Below, in pieces: positions 42,741 through 54,496 of a DNA stretch of 64,000 nucleotides. The DNA is taken from contig CAWHXL010000007.1 of NCBI GenBank assembly GCA_963833295.1, positions 9,607-73,606 of the forward strand. Reading direction: 5' to 3'. The stretch is from an uncultured beta proteobacterium (GTDB lineage Bacteria > Pseudomonadota > Gammaproteobacteria > Burkholderiales > Casimicrobiaceae). How positions within the stretch are numbered: position 1 is the stretch's first letter; each line of letters begins with the position of its first letter. A model generated the notes under the pieces. The model saw only the letters and a program-made list of their open reading frames with translations. It made no database searches and had not been told where the DNA came from. The position numbers and the translations under genes are program-made.

Positions 42741-43713
42741 TTACCTCGGCGGCGCCGTTTCCCGCGATTCGGCGCGCGCGGCGTCCGCACCGAGCCTTCG
42801 GTAGACGGGCTCCAGCACCGCCGGCAGCATGTACATCGGCAATTGCGCCAGGGCGAAGAACGCGGTGACTTCGAGCGACGCGTGTCCCGACAGCGCCACC
42901 AGCACAAGGCCCATGTTGCAGTTGCCCGAGAGCAGACCCGCGGTGAGCGCGGTGACGGCGCCCTGGCCCCGGAACGCGAGCCACCCGGCGGCCTGCAGGA
43001 GCAGGTTGAACGCGAAGGCGAGCGCCGTCGCGAGCGCCGCGTAGCCGGGCCGCTCCAGCGCGAACTTCGTCACGCCGTCCATGATCGCGACCGCGAAGAT
43101 GACGAGATTCACGACGGCGAGTCCGTCGATCAACGTGGCGTGCGCGGCAAGCGTCGACGGTCGCACGAGGCGCCGGACGAGCCATGCGGCGGCGAATGCG
43201 CTGCCGACCACCGCGGCGAGCCGCCCCATGAACGTCGGGAGGTCGATCGCGAGTTCGAGGCCCAGCAAGGCCAGCGCGAGGGGCGGCAGCGTCAGCGGCA
43301 CGAGGGCCGTCGCGACCACCACGGCGACGGCGGCGAGCGGTGCGTCGAGCCCGACGAAGAGCGCGATCGCCACGGAGGACACGATCGGCGACGCCGCCGC
43401 CATCAGGATCAGCGCTTCGCGCAGCCCGCCGGGGCAGCCCCAGCGCCAACGCGGGTGTCGTCATCGCCCCGACGAGCAGCGGTGAAGCGCCGAGGATCCA
43501 GACGACGAGGGCGACGACCAGCCCCGGCCGCCGTCGGCACACGGCAAACGCCGCCCAGTCGAGGCGAATCAGCGCCAGGGCGAGCGGAATGACCAAGGCC
43601 GGAACCAGCAGGGGCTTGGCGATCGCCGCGAGCGGCGGAGCCACGAAACCGAGAAGAACGCCGCCGGCCATGAACTTCGTGGCGTGCCGGCCGATGAACG
43701 CAATCGGACGCAA
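42741..43713 (-). pseudogene. multi-pass membrane transporter (possibly bile acid:Na+ symporter-like), frame-disrupted
   Basis: The hydrophobic N-terminus [31 protein letters not shown] is at the start of ORF 41872..43713. The C-terminal 220 aa are in ORF 42741..43403. The family assignment is weak. Confidence 0.5.
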
Positions 43714-43770
43714 GGGTCAGCGTCCGACGGCGCGCACGCGGAGCGGGAGGGCGTCGGCACCCTCCGAAAC

Positions 43771-44526
43771 CTACATCGCCTTGAACCGGTGCGCAAACGT
43801 CCGGCTGACCGCGAGCTTCTCGTCGCGGCCCTTGAGCACGATCACGGGCTCGCCGCGCCAGTCGCGATCGACGCGCAGTATCGCGCGGAGACTGACGATC
43901 GAGCCGCGGTGGATCTGCCAGAACGTTTCGGGGTCGAGCGCTTCGTAGAGCTCCTTGATCGGTTTCCGGATCAAGCGCCTCGCCGTCGTGCGTGACGACC
44001 TTCGTGTACTTGTCCTCGGCGCGGAAGTACAGGACCTCGTCGACGGGGATCAGCTTCATCGACGCACCGAGCGACGCGCGGATCCATTTCAGCGGACCGT
44101 CTCCGTCGGCGCGGGCGGCGAGCTTCGCGAGCAAGGCGGTGAGGTCGAGCGGCGCCTGCGCGAGCCGGGTCTTGAGCCGCGCGACGACCTTGGCGATCCG
44201 CTCGGGCATCGGCGGCTTCAGCACGTAGTCGACCGCGCCCTCGTCGAAGGCGGCGACCGCGTACTCGTCGTACGCGGTGACGAACACGACGTGGCAGCGA
44301 GGCGGCGAGCTCGCGCGCGACCTCGAGGCCCGACCGGACGGGCATCCGGATGTCGAGGAACGCGATGTCGGGCCGTTTCGCGTCGGCAAGCTCCAGCGCC
44401 TCCTCGCCGTTGCCGGCCTCGGCGACGATTTCGAGCTCGGGCCACGCCGCGGCAAGGCGGGCCTTGAGCTGCGCGCGCAGCATCGGCTCGTCTTCGGCGA
44501 TCAGCGCGGTCGGCATCGCATCATGC
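43771..44526 (-). pseudogene. LytR/AlgR-family response regulator (REC plus LytTR), frame-disrupted
   Basis: MPTALIAEDEPMLRAQL...DIAFLDIRMP (ATG 44526), then VVFVTAYDEYAVAAFDEGAVDYVLKP (ORF 43409..44455), then LytTR: IPVDEVLYFRAEDKYTKV, with ORF 43771..43974 giving WQIHRGSIVSL...LAVSRTFAHRFKAM. Confidence 0.8.
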
Positions 44527-44530
44527 GGCG

Positions 44531-45623
44531 GCGCTGGCGATCTCGGCGACCGGCGCCGCGCTTTCGTAGGGAATCTCGATCGTCGCCTTCGCGCCGCGCG
44601 GCGCGGCTTCCTCGAGCGAGAACCGCGCCGCGGGCGCCGTAGAGCGCCGCCAGGCGATCGCGCACGTTGGCGAGGCCCACGCCCTGCCCGGGTGGCGACT
44701 TGCCGGACAATCCGGACCCCGTGTCGTTCACGGTGACGATCAGGCGATCGGCGTCCCGGCGGGCCGCGATGGTGATGCGACCGCCGTCGGCCAGCGGCTC
44801 GAGCCCGTGGGTCACCGCGTTCTCGACGACCGAGATCAGCAGCACCGGCGGAAACGGATGCGCGCGCAGCGCTTCGGGAACGTCGATCGCGAAGTCGAGC
44901 CGCGGCCCCATCCGCATGCGCAGGATGTTGAGGTACGCCTCGGCGAGCTCGATCTCCTGGCCGAGCGTCGTGCTCGCGCGGCGCAGCTGCGGCAGCGCCG
45001 CGCGCAGGTACGCCAGCAGGTGTCCGAGCATGCGCGTCGCCTGCGGCGGATCGGTCTCGGTCAGGAACTGGACCGATGCCAGCGTGTTGAACAGGAAGTG
45101 CGGCTCGACCTGCGCCTGCATCAGCTTCAGCTCGGATTCGACCGCGTGCTTCGACAGCAGGTGCCGCTCGGCCTCGGCCTTGTGCAGCGCCTCGGCGGCG
45201 CGCGCCTCGCGATGCTTCAACAGGAAGAACAGGCTGACGAAGACGCCGTTGAAGAACGCCGCCACGAAGTTCAGCACGAAGGTCTTCTGGTGCTCGGCGA
45301 CGTACTCGAACGAATAGCCCTTCAGCAGGATCGTCAGCGCGATGCCGAGCGTCGCGCCGATCGCGACGGCGATCGCGAGGCGGCGCAGCGGCGAGCGGCT
45401 CTCCCACGGCGCGGCGACGTTGACGCAGTACGCGATCGACAGCCCGTCGCACTGCACCGAAACGAGCGGGTGCCAGAACGGCCGCGGATCCTCGATCCAG
45501 TAGACGGCCGCGATGCCGGTGTTCACGAGCACGATGATGGCGAACGCCGGCCACGAGAAGCGGAAGCCGGCGGCGAGCGTGGCCAGCACGGAGGAGCGGC
45601 GCGGACGGATCGGACGACGTCAT
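44531..45623 (-). pseudogene. LytS/YehU-type sensor histidine kinase, frame-disrupted at both ends
   Basis: ORF 44501..45589 carries the His_kinase motif VEPHFLFNTLASVQFL and the HATPase VENAVTHGLEP...NDTGSGL. The N-terminus is MTSSDPS at ATG 45623 in another frame. The C-terminus is RFSLEEAAPRGAKATIEIPY in another frame, with TGA at 44531-44533. Confidence 0.75.
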
Positions 45624-45717
45624 GGACGCGATTCTAGTGCCCGACAGCCGCGGGACGGGGCGCCTTCGCGACAGGACGCTCCCGGCGCCGACAGGCGCCG
45701 GCGCCGGGTAGCCGGCG

Positions 45718-46932
45718 TTACCGGCTCCGCCCTGGACCGTCCGGGCGAGCTGCACGATGCGGTCGATCGCCTCGGCGCACTCGTCGCGCGCCGCGACGAG
45801 CGCGATGCGGACGTAGCCGCGGCCCGGGATTGGTGCCGTGCGCGTCGCGCGCGAGGTAGCTGCCGGGCAGCACGGTCACCGCCTGCTCGGCCGAGGAGGC
45901 GCCTGGCGAACGCGGCATCGTCGATCGGGCGTCCTCGCCCACAGGTAGAACGCGGCGTCGGGCATCGCGCACGGCAGCACCGCGGCGAGCCGCGGCTGCA
46001 GCGCGGCGAACTTCGCCGCGTACTCGGCGCGGTTGGCGCGCACGTGCGCCTCGTCGCGCCACGCGGCGATGCTCGCGGCGGCGACGGCCGGCGACATCGC
46101 CGAGCCGTGATAGGTCCGGTAGAGCAGGAACGCCTTCACCAGCGCCGGCGTCGCCGGCGACGTAGCCGGAGCGCAAGCCCGGCGCATTCGAGCGCTTCGA
46201 CAGGCTGCCGAACGAGACGAGGCGCGGAAATCCGTCGCGGCCGAGCGCGTGCGCCGACGGCGAGCGCGCCGAGCGGCGGCTGCGCCTCGTCGAAGTAGAT
46301 CTCGGAATAGCACTCGTCGGCGGCGATGACGAAGCCGTGCCGATCGGACATCTCGAACAGGAACGCCCACTCGTCGGGCGTCGTCACGCGGCCGGTCGGA
46401 TTGTCCGGCGAGCAGACGTAGACGAGCTGCGTGCGCGCCCACACGGCGTCGGGCACGTCGCGCCACGCCGGCGCGAAGCCGTTCGCCGCGACCGCGTTGA
46501 CGCAGTACGGCTCGGCGCCGGCGAGCAGCGCGGCGCCTTCGTAGATCTGGTAGAACGGATTCGGCATCACCACGGTCGCGCCGGCGCGGCTGCCGTCGAC
46601 GACGGTCTGCGCGAACGCGAACAGCGCCTCGCGGCTGCCGAGCACCGGCAGCACCTGCGGTCGCCGGATCGAGGCCGGCGAGGCCGTGGCGGCGGACGAG
46701 CCACGCGGCGATCGCTTCGCGCAGCGCGGGCGCGCCGATCGTCGTGGGATAATTCGCCAGCCCGCGAGCACCTGCGGCGAGCGCGTCGAGGACGAGCGCC
46801 GGCGTCGGATGCCGCGGCTCGCCGATCGACAGATTGATCGGCGTCGAGCGCCGGATTCGGCGCGACGCCGGCGAACCATTGCCGCAGCCGCTCGAACGGA
46901 TACGGCTGCAGACGCGAGAGGCGGGGATTCAA
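45718..46932 (-). pseudogene. dapC: succinyldiaminopimelate transaminase, several frame changes; 3' end uncertain
   Basis: TTG 46932 gives (M)NPRLSRLQPYPFERLRQ. Then LSIGEPRHP..., VLPVLGSREALFAFAQTVV...VMPNPFYQIYEGAALLAGA...VCSPDNPTG (ORF 46136..46879), LSKRSNAPGLRSGYVAGDA (ORF 45718..46176), and FLLYRTYHGSAMS (ORF 45876..46466). Confidence 0.75.
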
Positions 46933-47062
46933 CGTGGGGTTTCGGCGGGCGAGCGCGAGAGTATACGGGACCCGCGGCGACGCGCCCCCGAGCGATGCGG
47001 GCGGCACGACGCGATGCCCGGGCTGATCGACGCTGCCGCCGTCGGCCGTCGGTGCGCCGCGC

Positions 47063-47887
47063 GTGCCGTGGGGCTGGCGCATCGCGTCCTGGCTCGCGAC
47101 GGCGGCCGGCGTTCTGCTGCTGGGTTCGTCATCGCGCTGGTGGGGATGGCGCTGGCTCGGACCCGCGCCCGCGCCGCCCGCGGTGGCCGCGATGGCGGAA
47201 CGCTGGGCGCCGGCGATCATCGCGGCGCCGCTGTTCGGACGCGACCGGCGGCGCCCGCGGCGCAGGACGTCGGCACGGTGCGCGACGTTGCCCGGGCGAC
47301 GCGCGGCTGCTCGGCGTGTTCGCCGAGGCGAACGGCGCCGGCTACGCGCTGTTCCGCTTCGCCGACCGCGGCCCGGTCCTGGTGAAGGCCGGGGCCGAAA
47401 TCGCCAGCGGCGTGACGCTGGTCGCGGTGCGGCCGGGCGGCGTGCGCATCCGCGACCACGGCGAGGTCCGCGACCTCGAGTTGCGCACGCCGCGAGCGCG
47501 GCGCACGCGACCGGCGGCGACCGCGCGGCAGCGCGCCGCGCGCGCGGCCTGCGCGCCGCCGGCGGGCTACCAGGGCCCCGTCTATCGCCTCAACGCCGAG
47601 CTGCTGACCGGCATCGCCTCGCAGCCGGAGAGCTGGAAGGCGCTGCTCGCGCCGGTCGGCCGGCGGTCTCACGGTGCGCGACGGATCGGGATTCGCGACG
47701 ATGCTCGGGATGAAGCCCGGCGATCGCATGACGCAGGCCAACGGCATCGCGCTCGCCGGCATCGACGACGTGCTGGTCGCCTTCGTCAATCCGCTGATCG
47801 CGAGCCAGCCGGTGCGCGTTACCGGCATCGCGCGACGGCAAGCCGGCCGAGTGGCTGTTCGTCAACGCGGGCGCGTGCCCGGGTTGA
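47063..47887 (+). pseudogene. type II secretion GspC-like protein (N-terminal T2S-C domain plus PDZ-like domain), frame-disrupted
   Basis: TM WRIASWLATAAGVLLLG (ORF 47063), then LLGVFAEANGAGYALFRFADRGPVLVKAGAEIASGVTLVAVRPGGVRIRDHGEVRDLEL (ORF 46686), then GMKPGDRMTQANGIALAGIDD (ORF 47674). The tail is in another frame, with TGA at 47885-47887. Family is by pattern only. Confidence 0.5.
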
Positions 47888-48593
47888 CGCTTCGTCCGTC
47901 GGGCAAGCCACGCGAGCAGCGCGGCGGGATCGTCGATGATGCCGTCCGCCGGCCACGTCGTCCGGCGTCTCGTGCGCCTCGATGTAGCCGTAGCGCGCGA
48001 CGATCGTCTGCATGCCCGCGGCGACGCCGGCGGTGACGTCGCGCTCGGCGTCGCCGACGTAGACGCATCGCGCCGGCGCGACGCCGAGGCGCACGGCGGC
48101 GGCCAGCAGCGGTGCCGGGTGCGGCTTCGGGTGCGGCGTCGTGTCGCCGCAGACGACGGCGCCGGCGCGCCCGCCGAGCCCGAGCAGATCGAGCAGCGGC
48201 GTCGTGAAGCGCGTCGCCTTGTTGGTGACGATTCCCCATTTGAGCGCGCGCGCCTCGATCGCGTCGAGCAGCGCCTCGACGTCGGCGAAGAGCGTCGAGT
48301 CGACGCACAGCGCCGCTTCGTATTGCTCGAGGAACGCCGTGCGCAATTCCGCGTAGTCCGGGTGATCGGGCGCGACGCCCATGCCGGCGCCGAGCAGCCC
48401 GCGCGCGCCGTGCGACGACGACGAGCGCAGCCGCGACGCGGGCACCGGCTCGAGGCCGCGCGCCGCGCGCACGCGGTTCAGCGCGGCCGCGAGGTCGGGC
48501 GCGGTGTCGGCGAGCGTGCCGTCGAGATCGAACAGGACGGCGTCGACCGGAAGCGCGCGCGCGGCGCGTGGCGACGCGCGACGCGTCAGGCAT
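47862..48593 (-). pseudogene. gph: phosphoglycolate phosphatase (HAD superfamily), frame-disrupted; 3' end uncertain
   Basis: ATG 48593. AVLFDLDGTLADTAPDL (DxDGT motif), WGIVTNK and YVGDAERDVTAG are in ORF 47819..49471. The start overlaps the ubiG stop by 8 nt. Confidence 0.7.
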
Positions 48594-49341
48594 CCGCGGG
48601 GCGGCGAAACGCCATCAGGTAGTTGACGCTCGGTGTCCGGCACGAGCCGGAAGACCTTGGCGAACGGGTTGTAGGCCATGCCGGTGATGCCCGCCGGCGC
48701 GAGGCCGGCGCGCGCGCGAACGCCGCGACCTCGGCCGGCGTCAGGAACTTCGCGTAGTCGTGCGTTCCCTGCGGCAGCAGCCCCAGCACGTATTCGGCGC
48801 CGACGACCGCGAGCACGTACGCCTTCGCATTGCGGTTGATCGTCGAGACGACCACGACGCCGCCGGGCTTCACGAGCGTCGCGCACGCGGCGACGATGCG
48901 CGCGGGATCGGGCACGTGCTCCAGCAGCTCCATGCAGGTGACGACGTCGAACGACGCCGGCGCTTCGGCGGCGAGCGCTTCGGCGGAGACGAGGCGGTAT
49001 TCGACGGCGGCGCCCGATTCGAGCTTGTGCAGCCGCGCGACGCCGAGCGCCTTGTCGCCGAGGTCGATGCCGAGCGCCTGCGCGCCCGCGCCGCCATCGA
49101 CTTCGGTGAGGATGCCGCCGCCGCAGCCGACGTCGACGACGCGCTTGCCGGCGAGGCCGCCCGCCATCCGCTCGATCCAGTCGAGGCGCAGCGGATTCAT
49201 CCTGTGCAGCGGGCCGAACATCGCGCTTTCCGGATCCCACCAGTGGTGCGCGAGCGCGGCGAACTTTGCGAGCTCGCCGGGATCGACGTTGGCCGGCTCC
49301 GGTGCTAGCGGCGCCGGACGTGTGGTCGACTGGACGTTCAT
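48586..49341 (-). pseudogene. ubiG: ubiquinone biosynthesis O-methyltransferase, several frame changes
   Basis: MNVQST... (ATG 49341) with [58 protein letters not shown] and TINRN. The segment [15 protein letters not shown] is in the frame of ORF 47819..49471. Confidence 0.8.
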
Positions 49342-50647
49342 TGCAGGCGTTCCTGCCAGAGTCGCGCGCGCGCGACGATCGACGCTTCGTCGGCCGTCGA
49401 CGAGCGCGCGCTCGGCGACGACGCGCCGCCCGGCGACCCAGACGTCGGTGACGCCTCGCGGCCGACCGCATGGACGAGATGCGAAACCGGATCGTAGCAG
49501 GGCGCCGCGTCGAGCCCGGACAGGTCGACCGCGATCACGTCCGCCTGCTTGCCGCGGCGAGCGAGCCGATCTCGCGGTCGAGGCCCAGCGCGCGCGCGCC
49601 CGACAGCGTGGCGGCTGCGAGCGCCTGCTGCGCCGGCAGCACCGACGGGTCGCCGCGTCGCGACCTTCGCGAGCAGCGCGGCGATGCGCATTTCGCCCAG
49701 GAGATCGAGCCGGTTGTTCGACGCCGCGCCGTCGGTGCCGAGCGCGACGTTGACGCCGTCGCGCGAGCAGCGCCGCCACCGGCGCGATGCCGCTGCCGAG
49801 CTTCATGTTCGAGACCGGGCAGTGCACGACGTGCCCGCCGTGGGTCGCGAGGAGCTCGATGTCGTCGGGCGACAGGTGCACGCCGTGGATCGCGATGAAG
49901 CCGGGCCCGGTCGCGCCCAGCGCGTGCAGCCGCGCGAGCGGCGTGCACCCGTGCGCGTCGCGGCTCTGCTCGACCTCGTGCGCGGTTTCGGCGACGTGGG
50001 TCTGGATCGGCAGGTCGAGCTGGCGCGCGTACACGACGATCTTTTCCCACGTCGCGTCGCCGACCGTGTAGGGCGCGTGCGGCGCGAGCGAAAACGCGAG
50101 CCTCGGCTCGTGCTTCAACGCGTCGCGCATGGCGAGACCGCGTCTGCAGATAGCCGTCGGCATCGGCCGCGTACGGCGTCGGGAAATCGAGAATCGGCAG
50201 GCCGAGCATCGCGCGCATGCCGAGCTCGAGGAACGCGCGCGCGGTCGCATCGGGAAAGAAATACATGTCGTTGCAGCAGGTGATGCCGCCCTTCAGCATC
50301 TCCGCCGCCGCGAGCCGCGCGCCGTCGTAGACGAACTCGGGCGCGACGAACTCGCTTCGCGCGGCCAGATGTGCTGCTCGAGCCAGACCTTGAGCGGCAC
50401 GTCGTCGGCGATGCCGCGAAAGAGGCTCATCGCCGCGTGCGTGTGCGCGTTGACGAGTCCCGGCAGCAGCACGTGCCCGGGCAGTGCCACGCGTTCGCGC
50501 GCCGTGAACGTCGCGATCGGCCTCGGCCGCGGGCACGATCGCGACGATGCGCCCCGCGTCGACGATCAGCGCGTGATCGCGAAGCGCGCCGGCGGGCTCG
50601 ATCGGCACGATCCAGCCGGCGTCGAGGCGCAGGTCGACGGTCTGCAT
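49338..50647 (-). pseudogene. TRZ/ATZ-family amidohydrolase (MTA/SAH deaminase-like), several frame changes
   Basis: MQTVDLRLDAGWIVPIEP (ATG 50647), then [18 protein letters not shown] (ORF 50293..50490), THVAET..E...IAIHGVHLS...[14 protein letters not shown] (ORF 48586..50250), and the tail in ORF 49338..49691. ATGA overlap with the ubiG start. Confidence 0.75.
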
Positions 50648-50710
50648 GCTGCGAGGGTATCGTGGAATCCGTCGCGAAATCGACTGGTTCGCGCTGGCGC
50701 GCACGAAAAA

Positions 50711-50740
50711 AAGCCCCGCGCGAACGCGGGGCTTTTTCGA
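50711..50740 (-). terminator. rho-independent terminator downstream of ompA
   Basis: On the minus strand, gccccgcg-ttcg-cgcggggc (8-bp GC stem) is followed by a run of 8 T, immediately after the ompA stop at 50753. The plus strand also has a 5-T tail. Confidence 0.75.
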
Positions 50741-50752
50741 CGCGAGGGGACG

Positions 50753-51472
50753 TTAGCGCTTGATCGCTTCGCCCTTGACTTCGACTTCCACGCGACGGTT
50801 CGGCGCGAGGCAGGCGATCAGTTCCTTCATGTTCTTCTGGTTGCAGATCACGCCCGGAATCGGCTGCGTCTTGCCCATGCCGAGGGTTTCGATCTTGTCC
50901 TTGGCGACGCCCTTGGAGACCAGGTAGTTGCGGACGGCAGTCAGCACGGCGCTCGGACAGCTTCTGGTTGTAGGCCTGCGTGCCGATCCGGTCGGTGTGG
51001 CCGGTGACCAGGACCAGCTCGAGCTTCTGCACGTCCTTCAGCTTGGCGATGATCTCGGTGTCGATCGCCGCCATGCCTTCGGGCTTCAGCACCGCCTTGT
51101 CGAAGTCGAACAGCGCCTTCGAGGCCAGCGTGATCTTCTGCACCTGCGGCGCCGGCGCCGGCGGCGGCGGCGGGCGGCGGCGGCGGGCGGCGGCGCGCGG
51201 CGGCGGCGGCGGCGCGCGGCGCAGGCGGCTTCGGCACGAGATCCGGGTCGCATTCGATGATCGCCATCGCCGGCGTCCAGTAGCCGGTCCGCCAGCAGAG
51301 ATTGCTGCTCCTTGGGTCGCCGTAGTTGCCGCTCCACCAGACGTCGGTCTGCGGCGGAGTCTGTGCATCCAGCACGTACCCGCTGTTGGTCGGGTTCGCC
51401 TGCGCGGCCGCGCCCGCGGAACACGGTCGCAAGCGCGCCGACGAGACAACCGGAGACGAGACGACGAGTCAT
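50753..51472 (-). pseudogene. OmpA-family outer-membrane protein, frame-disrupted around the Pro/Ala-rich hinge
   Basis: ATG 51472 has AAAGGGG upstream and gives the signal peptide [18 protein letters not shown]. Then [12 protein letters not shown]...CWRTGYWTP (ORF 50941..51432), [20 protein letters not shown]...[22 protein letters not shown] (ORF 50427..51449) and VRNYLVSKGV...NRRVEVEV (ORF 50753..50947). Confidence 0.8.
51146..51229. repeat. G/C-only (GGC)n-like simple-sequence tract
   Basis: Positions 51146-51229 contain only G and C except one A near 51222, largely as ggc/gcg triplets. The tract encodes the Pro/Ala-rich hinge of the minus-strand OmpA gene. Confidence 0.6.
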
Positions 51473-51873
51473 TGTTTCACCCCTTTGGCTTTGGTTTTGA
51501 ACATGTTTTTGCGGACTCTGAATCCCGGCGCCCCGGTGGCAAACTGGATAAAGCACCGACGCACCCAATCCCTTGCTTCCCAGGAAAATATAGCACACGG
51601 GCCAGGGAGGGTGCAAAAGAAAGTGCGGTTTTGGCAACAATGATGCGCAGAGTGTCGCGGCGATGCAACGGCATGATAAAATTATGCGTTTTCAAGGCCC
51701 TCGCATGCCGCCGGCCAAGAGCCTGCCGCGGTCGTTTCGACCGCCGCGGGACCGTCGGAGGCGGCGAGGGGGCGTGCCCGCTGTCGTCCGGCCGGGTCGC
51801 GCCCGCATTCCGGGCAGCCCGCGGAATGTCAGTCGAACCCCGTGCAACGCCCATCACGAAGAATTCCCCGCCC
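51473..51873. promoter_or_regulatory. divergent intergenic region (ompA versus gyrA)
   Basis: A 400-nt gap between divergent starts. It has locally AT-richer patches (ggcatgataaaattatgcg at about 51670). No motif was confidently assigned. Confidence 0.4.
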
Positions 51874-54431
51874 ATGGAGCAGTTTGCCAAAGAAACCCTT
51901 CCGGTAAGCCTCGAAGCGGAAATGCGTCATTCGTACCTCGATTACGCGATGAGCGTGATCGTCGGCCGGGCGCTGCCGGACGTTCGCGACGGCCTGAAGC
52001 CGGTGCACCGGCGCGTCCTGTACGCGATGCACGAAGCGAACACCGTCTGGAACCGGCCGTACGTGAAATGCGCGCGCGTCGTCGGCGACGTGATGGGCAA
52101 GTACCACCCGCACGGCGACATGGCGATCTACGACACGCTGGTGCGGATGGCGCAGGACTTCTCGCTGCGCTATCCGCTGGTCGACGGCCAGGGCAATTTC
52201 GGCTCGGTCGACGGCGACAACGCGGCGGCGATGCGCTACACCGAGTGCCGGCTGCAGAAGATCGCCAACGAGCTGATCGCCGACATCGACAAGGAGACCG
52301 TCGATTTCGTCGCGAATTACGACGGCAAGGAGCAGGAGCCGACGGTGCTGCCGTCGCGGCTGCCCAACCTGCTCGTCAACGGCTCGTCCGGCATCGCGGT
52401 GGGGATGGCCACCAACATCCCGCCGCACAACCTGACCGAGGTCGCGAACGCCTGCCTCGCGCTGCTCGGCAACCCGGAGATCACGGTCGACGAGCTGATC
52501 GAGATCGTGCCGGCGCCGGATTTCCCGACCGCCGGGATCATCTACGGTCTCGAGGGCGTGCACGAGGGCTACCGCACCGGCCGCGGCCGCGTCGTGATCC
52601 GCGCGCGCACCCACGTCGAGGACCTCGACAAGGGCAAGCGTCAGGCGATCATCGTCGACGAGATCCCCTACCAGGTCAACAAGGCGAACCTGCTGATCCG
52701 GATCGGCGAGCTCGTCCGCGACAAGAAGCTCGACGGCATCTCCGACCTGCGCGACGAGTCGGACAAGTCCGGCATGCGCGTGGTGATCGAGTTGAAGCGC
52801 GGCGAGATCGCCGAGATCGTCCTCAACAATCTCTACAAGCTGACGCAGCTGCAGGACAGCTTCGGCATGAACATGGTCGCGCTGGTCGACGACCAGCCGC
52901 GGCTGCTCAACCTCAAGCAGTTCCTCGAGTACTTCCTGCAGCACCGGCGCGAGGTCGTCGTGCGCCGCACGCGCTTCGAGCTGCGCAAGGCGCGCGAGCG
53001 CGGCCACATCCTCGAAGGCCTCGCCGTCGCGCTGTCGAACGTCGACGAGATCATCGCGCTGATCAAGGCCGCGGCCACGCCGGCCGACGCCAAGGTCGCG
53101 CTGATGGCCAAGGTCTGGCGCTCGACGCTGGTCGAGGAGATGCTGCGCGCGCCGCCGCCGACGCCGCGCGTCCGGACGGGCTTGCCGCACGAGTTCGGCT
53201 GGCATGCCGACGCGAAGCCGCCGGCTACCGGCTCTCCGACGCGCAGGCGCAGGCGATCCTCGAGCTGCGGCTGCAGCGCCTGACCGGCCTCGAGCAGGAC
53301 AAGATCTTCGGCGAGTACCGGGACGTGATGGCGCAGATCGTCGACTTTCTCGACATCCTGGCGAAGCCGGCGCGGGTCACGGCGAATCGTCCGCGACGAG
53401 CTGACCGCGATCCGCGACCAGTTCGGCGACGCGCGCCGCTCGGAGATCGTCGCGCAGGGCGTCGATCTGTCGATGGAGGACCTGATCGCGCCGGAGGACA
53501 TGGTCGTCACGCTGTCGCACGGCGGCTACATGAAGGCGCAGCCGGTCGCCGAGTACCGCGCGCAGAAGCGCGGCGGACGCGGCCGGCAGGCGACGGCGAC
53601 GAAGGAAGACGATTTCATCGACCAGCTCTTCATCGCCAACACCCACGATTTCATCCTGTGCTTCTCCAACCGCGGCCGCGTCTACTGGCTCAAGGTCTAC
53701 AACGTGCCGCAGGGCACGCGCGTGGCGCGCGGCAAGCCGATCGTCAACCTGGTGCCGCTCCAGGAGAACGAGAAGATCACCGCGATCCTGCCGGTCAAGG
53801 AGTTCACCGACAGCCAGTTCGTGTTCATGGCCACGGCGATGGGCACGGTCAAGAAGACGCCGCTGTCCGAGTTCTCGCGCCCGCGCACGTCGGGCATCAT
53901 CGCCGTCGACCTGTCCGACGGCGACTAGCTGATCGGCGTCGCGCTGACCGACGGCAAGCACGACGTGATGCTGTTCAGCTCCGCCGGCAAGGCGGTGCGC
54001 TTCGACGAGAACGACGTCCGGCCGATGGGCCGCAACGCGCACGGCGTGCGCGGCATGATGCTCGGCAGCGGCAGCGGGTGATCTCGATGCTGGTCGCCGA
54101 GGACGAGGAGCAGTCGGTGCTGGCCGCGACCGAGAACGGCTACGGCAAGCGCACGCCGATCGTCGAGTACACGCGTCACGGCCGCGGCACCAAGGGGATG
54201 ATCGCGATCCAGCAGACCGCGCGCAACGGCAAGGTGGTCGCGGCGGCGCTGGTGCGCCCCGACGACGAGGTGATGCTGATCTCGACCGGCGGCGTGCTGA
54301 TCCGCACGAAGGTCAAGTCGATCCGCGAGATGAGCCGCTCGACGCAGGGCGTCACGCTGATCAACCTCGGCGAGGGCGAGAAGCTCGCCGGACTCGAGCG
54401 CGTGGTCGAGCCGGAAGAGGATGACGAGTGA
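51874..54431 (+). pseudogene. gyrA: DNA gyrase subunit A, with at least 5 frame changes and an in-frame TAG
   Basis: ATG 51874 gives [52 protein letters not shown]...KYHPHGD. Frame changes lie near 53145, 53185, 53217, 53385 and 54070. There is a TAG at 53926-53928 inside [15 protein letters not shown]. The C-terminus ...LERVVEPEEDDE ends at 54431. Confidence 0.95.
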
Positions 54432-54496
54432 GCTGACTCGCCGGTCGGGGCGGCCTGGCCGGCCTCGCCCGGCGAACGCGACCGTGGCGCACCGCG

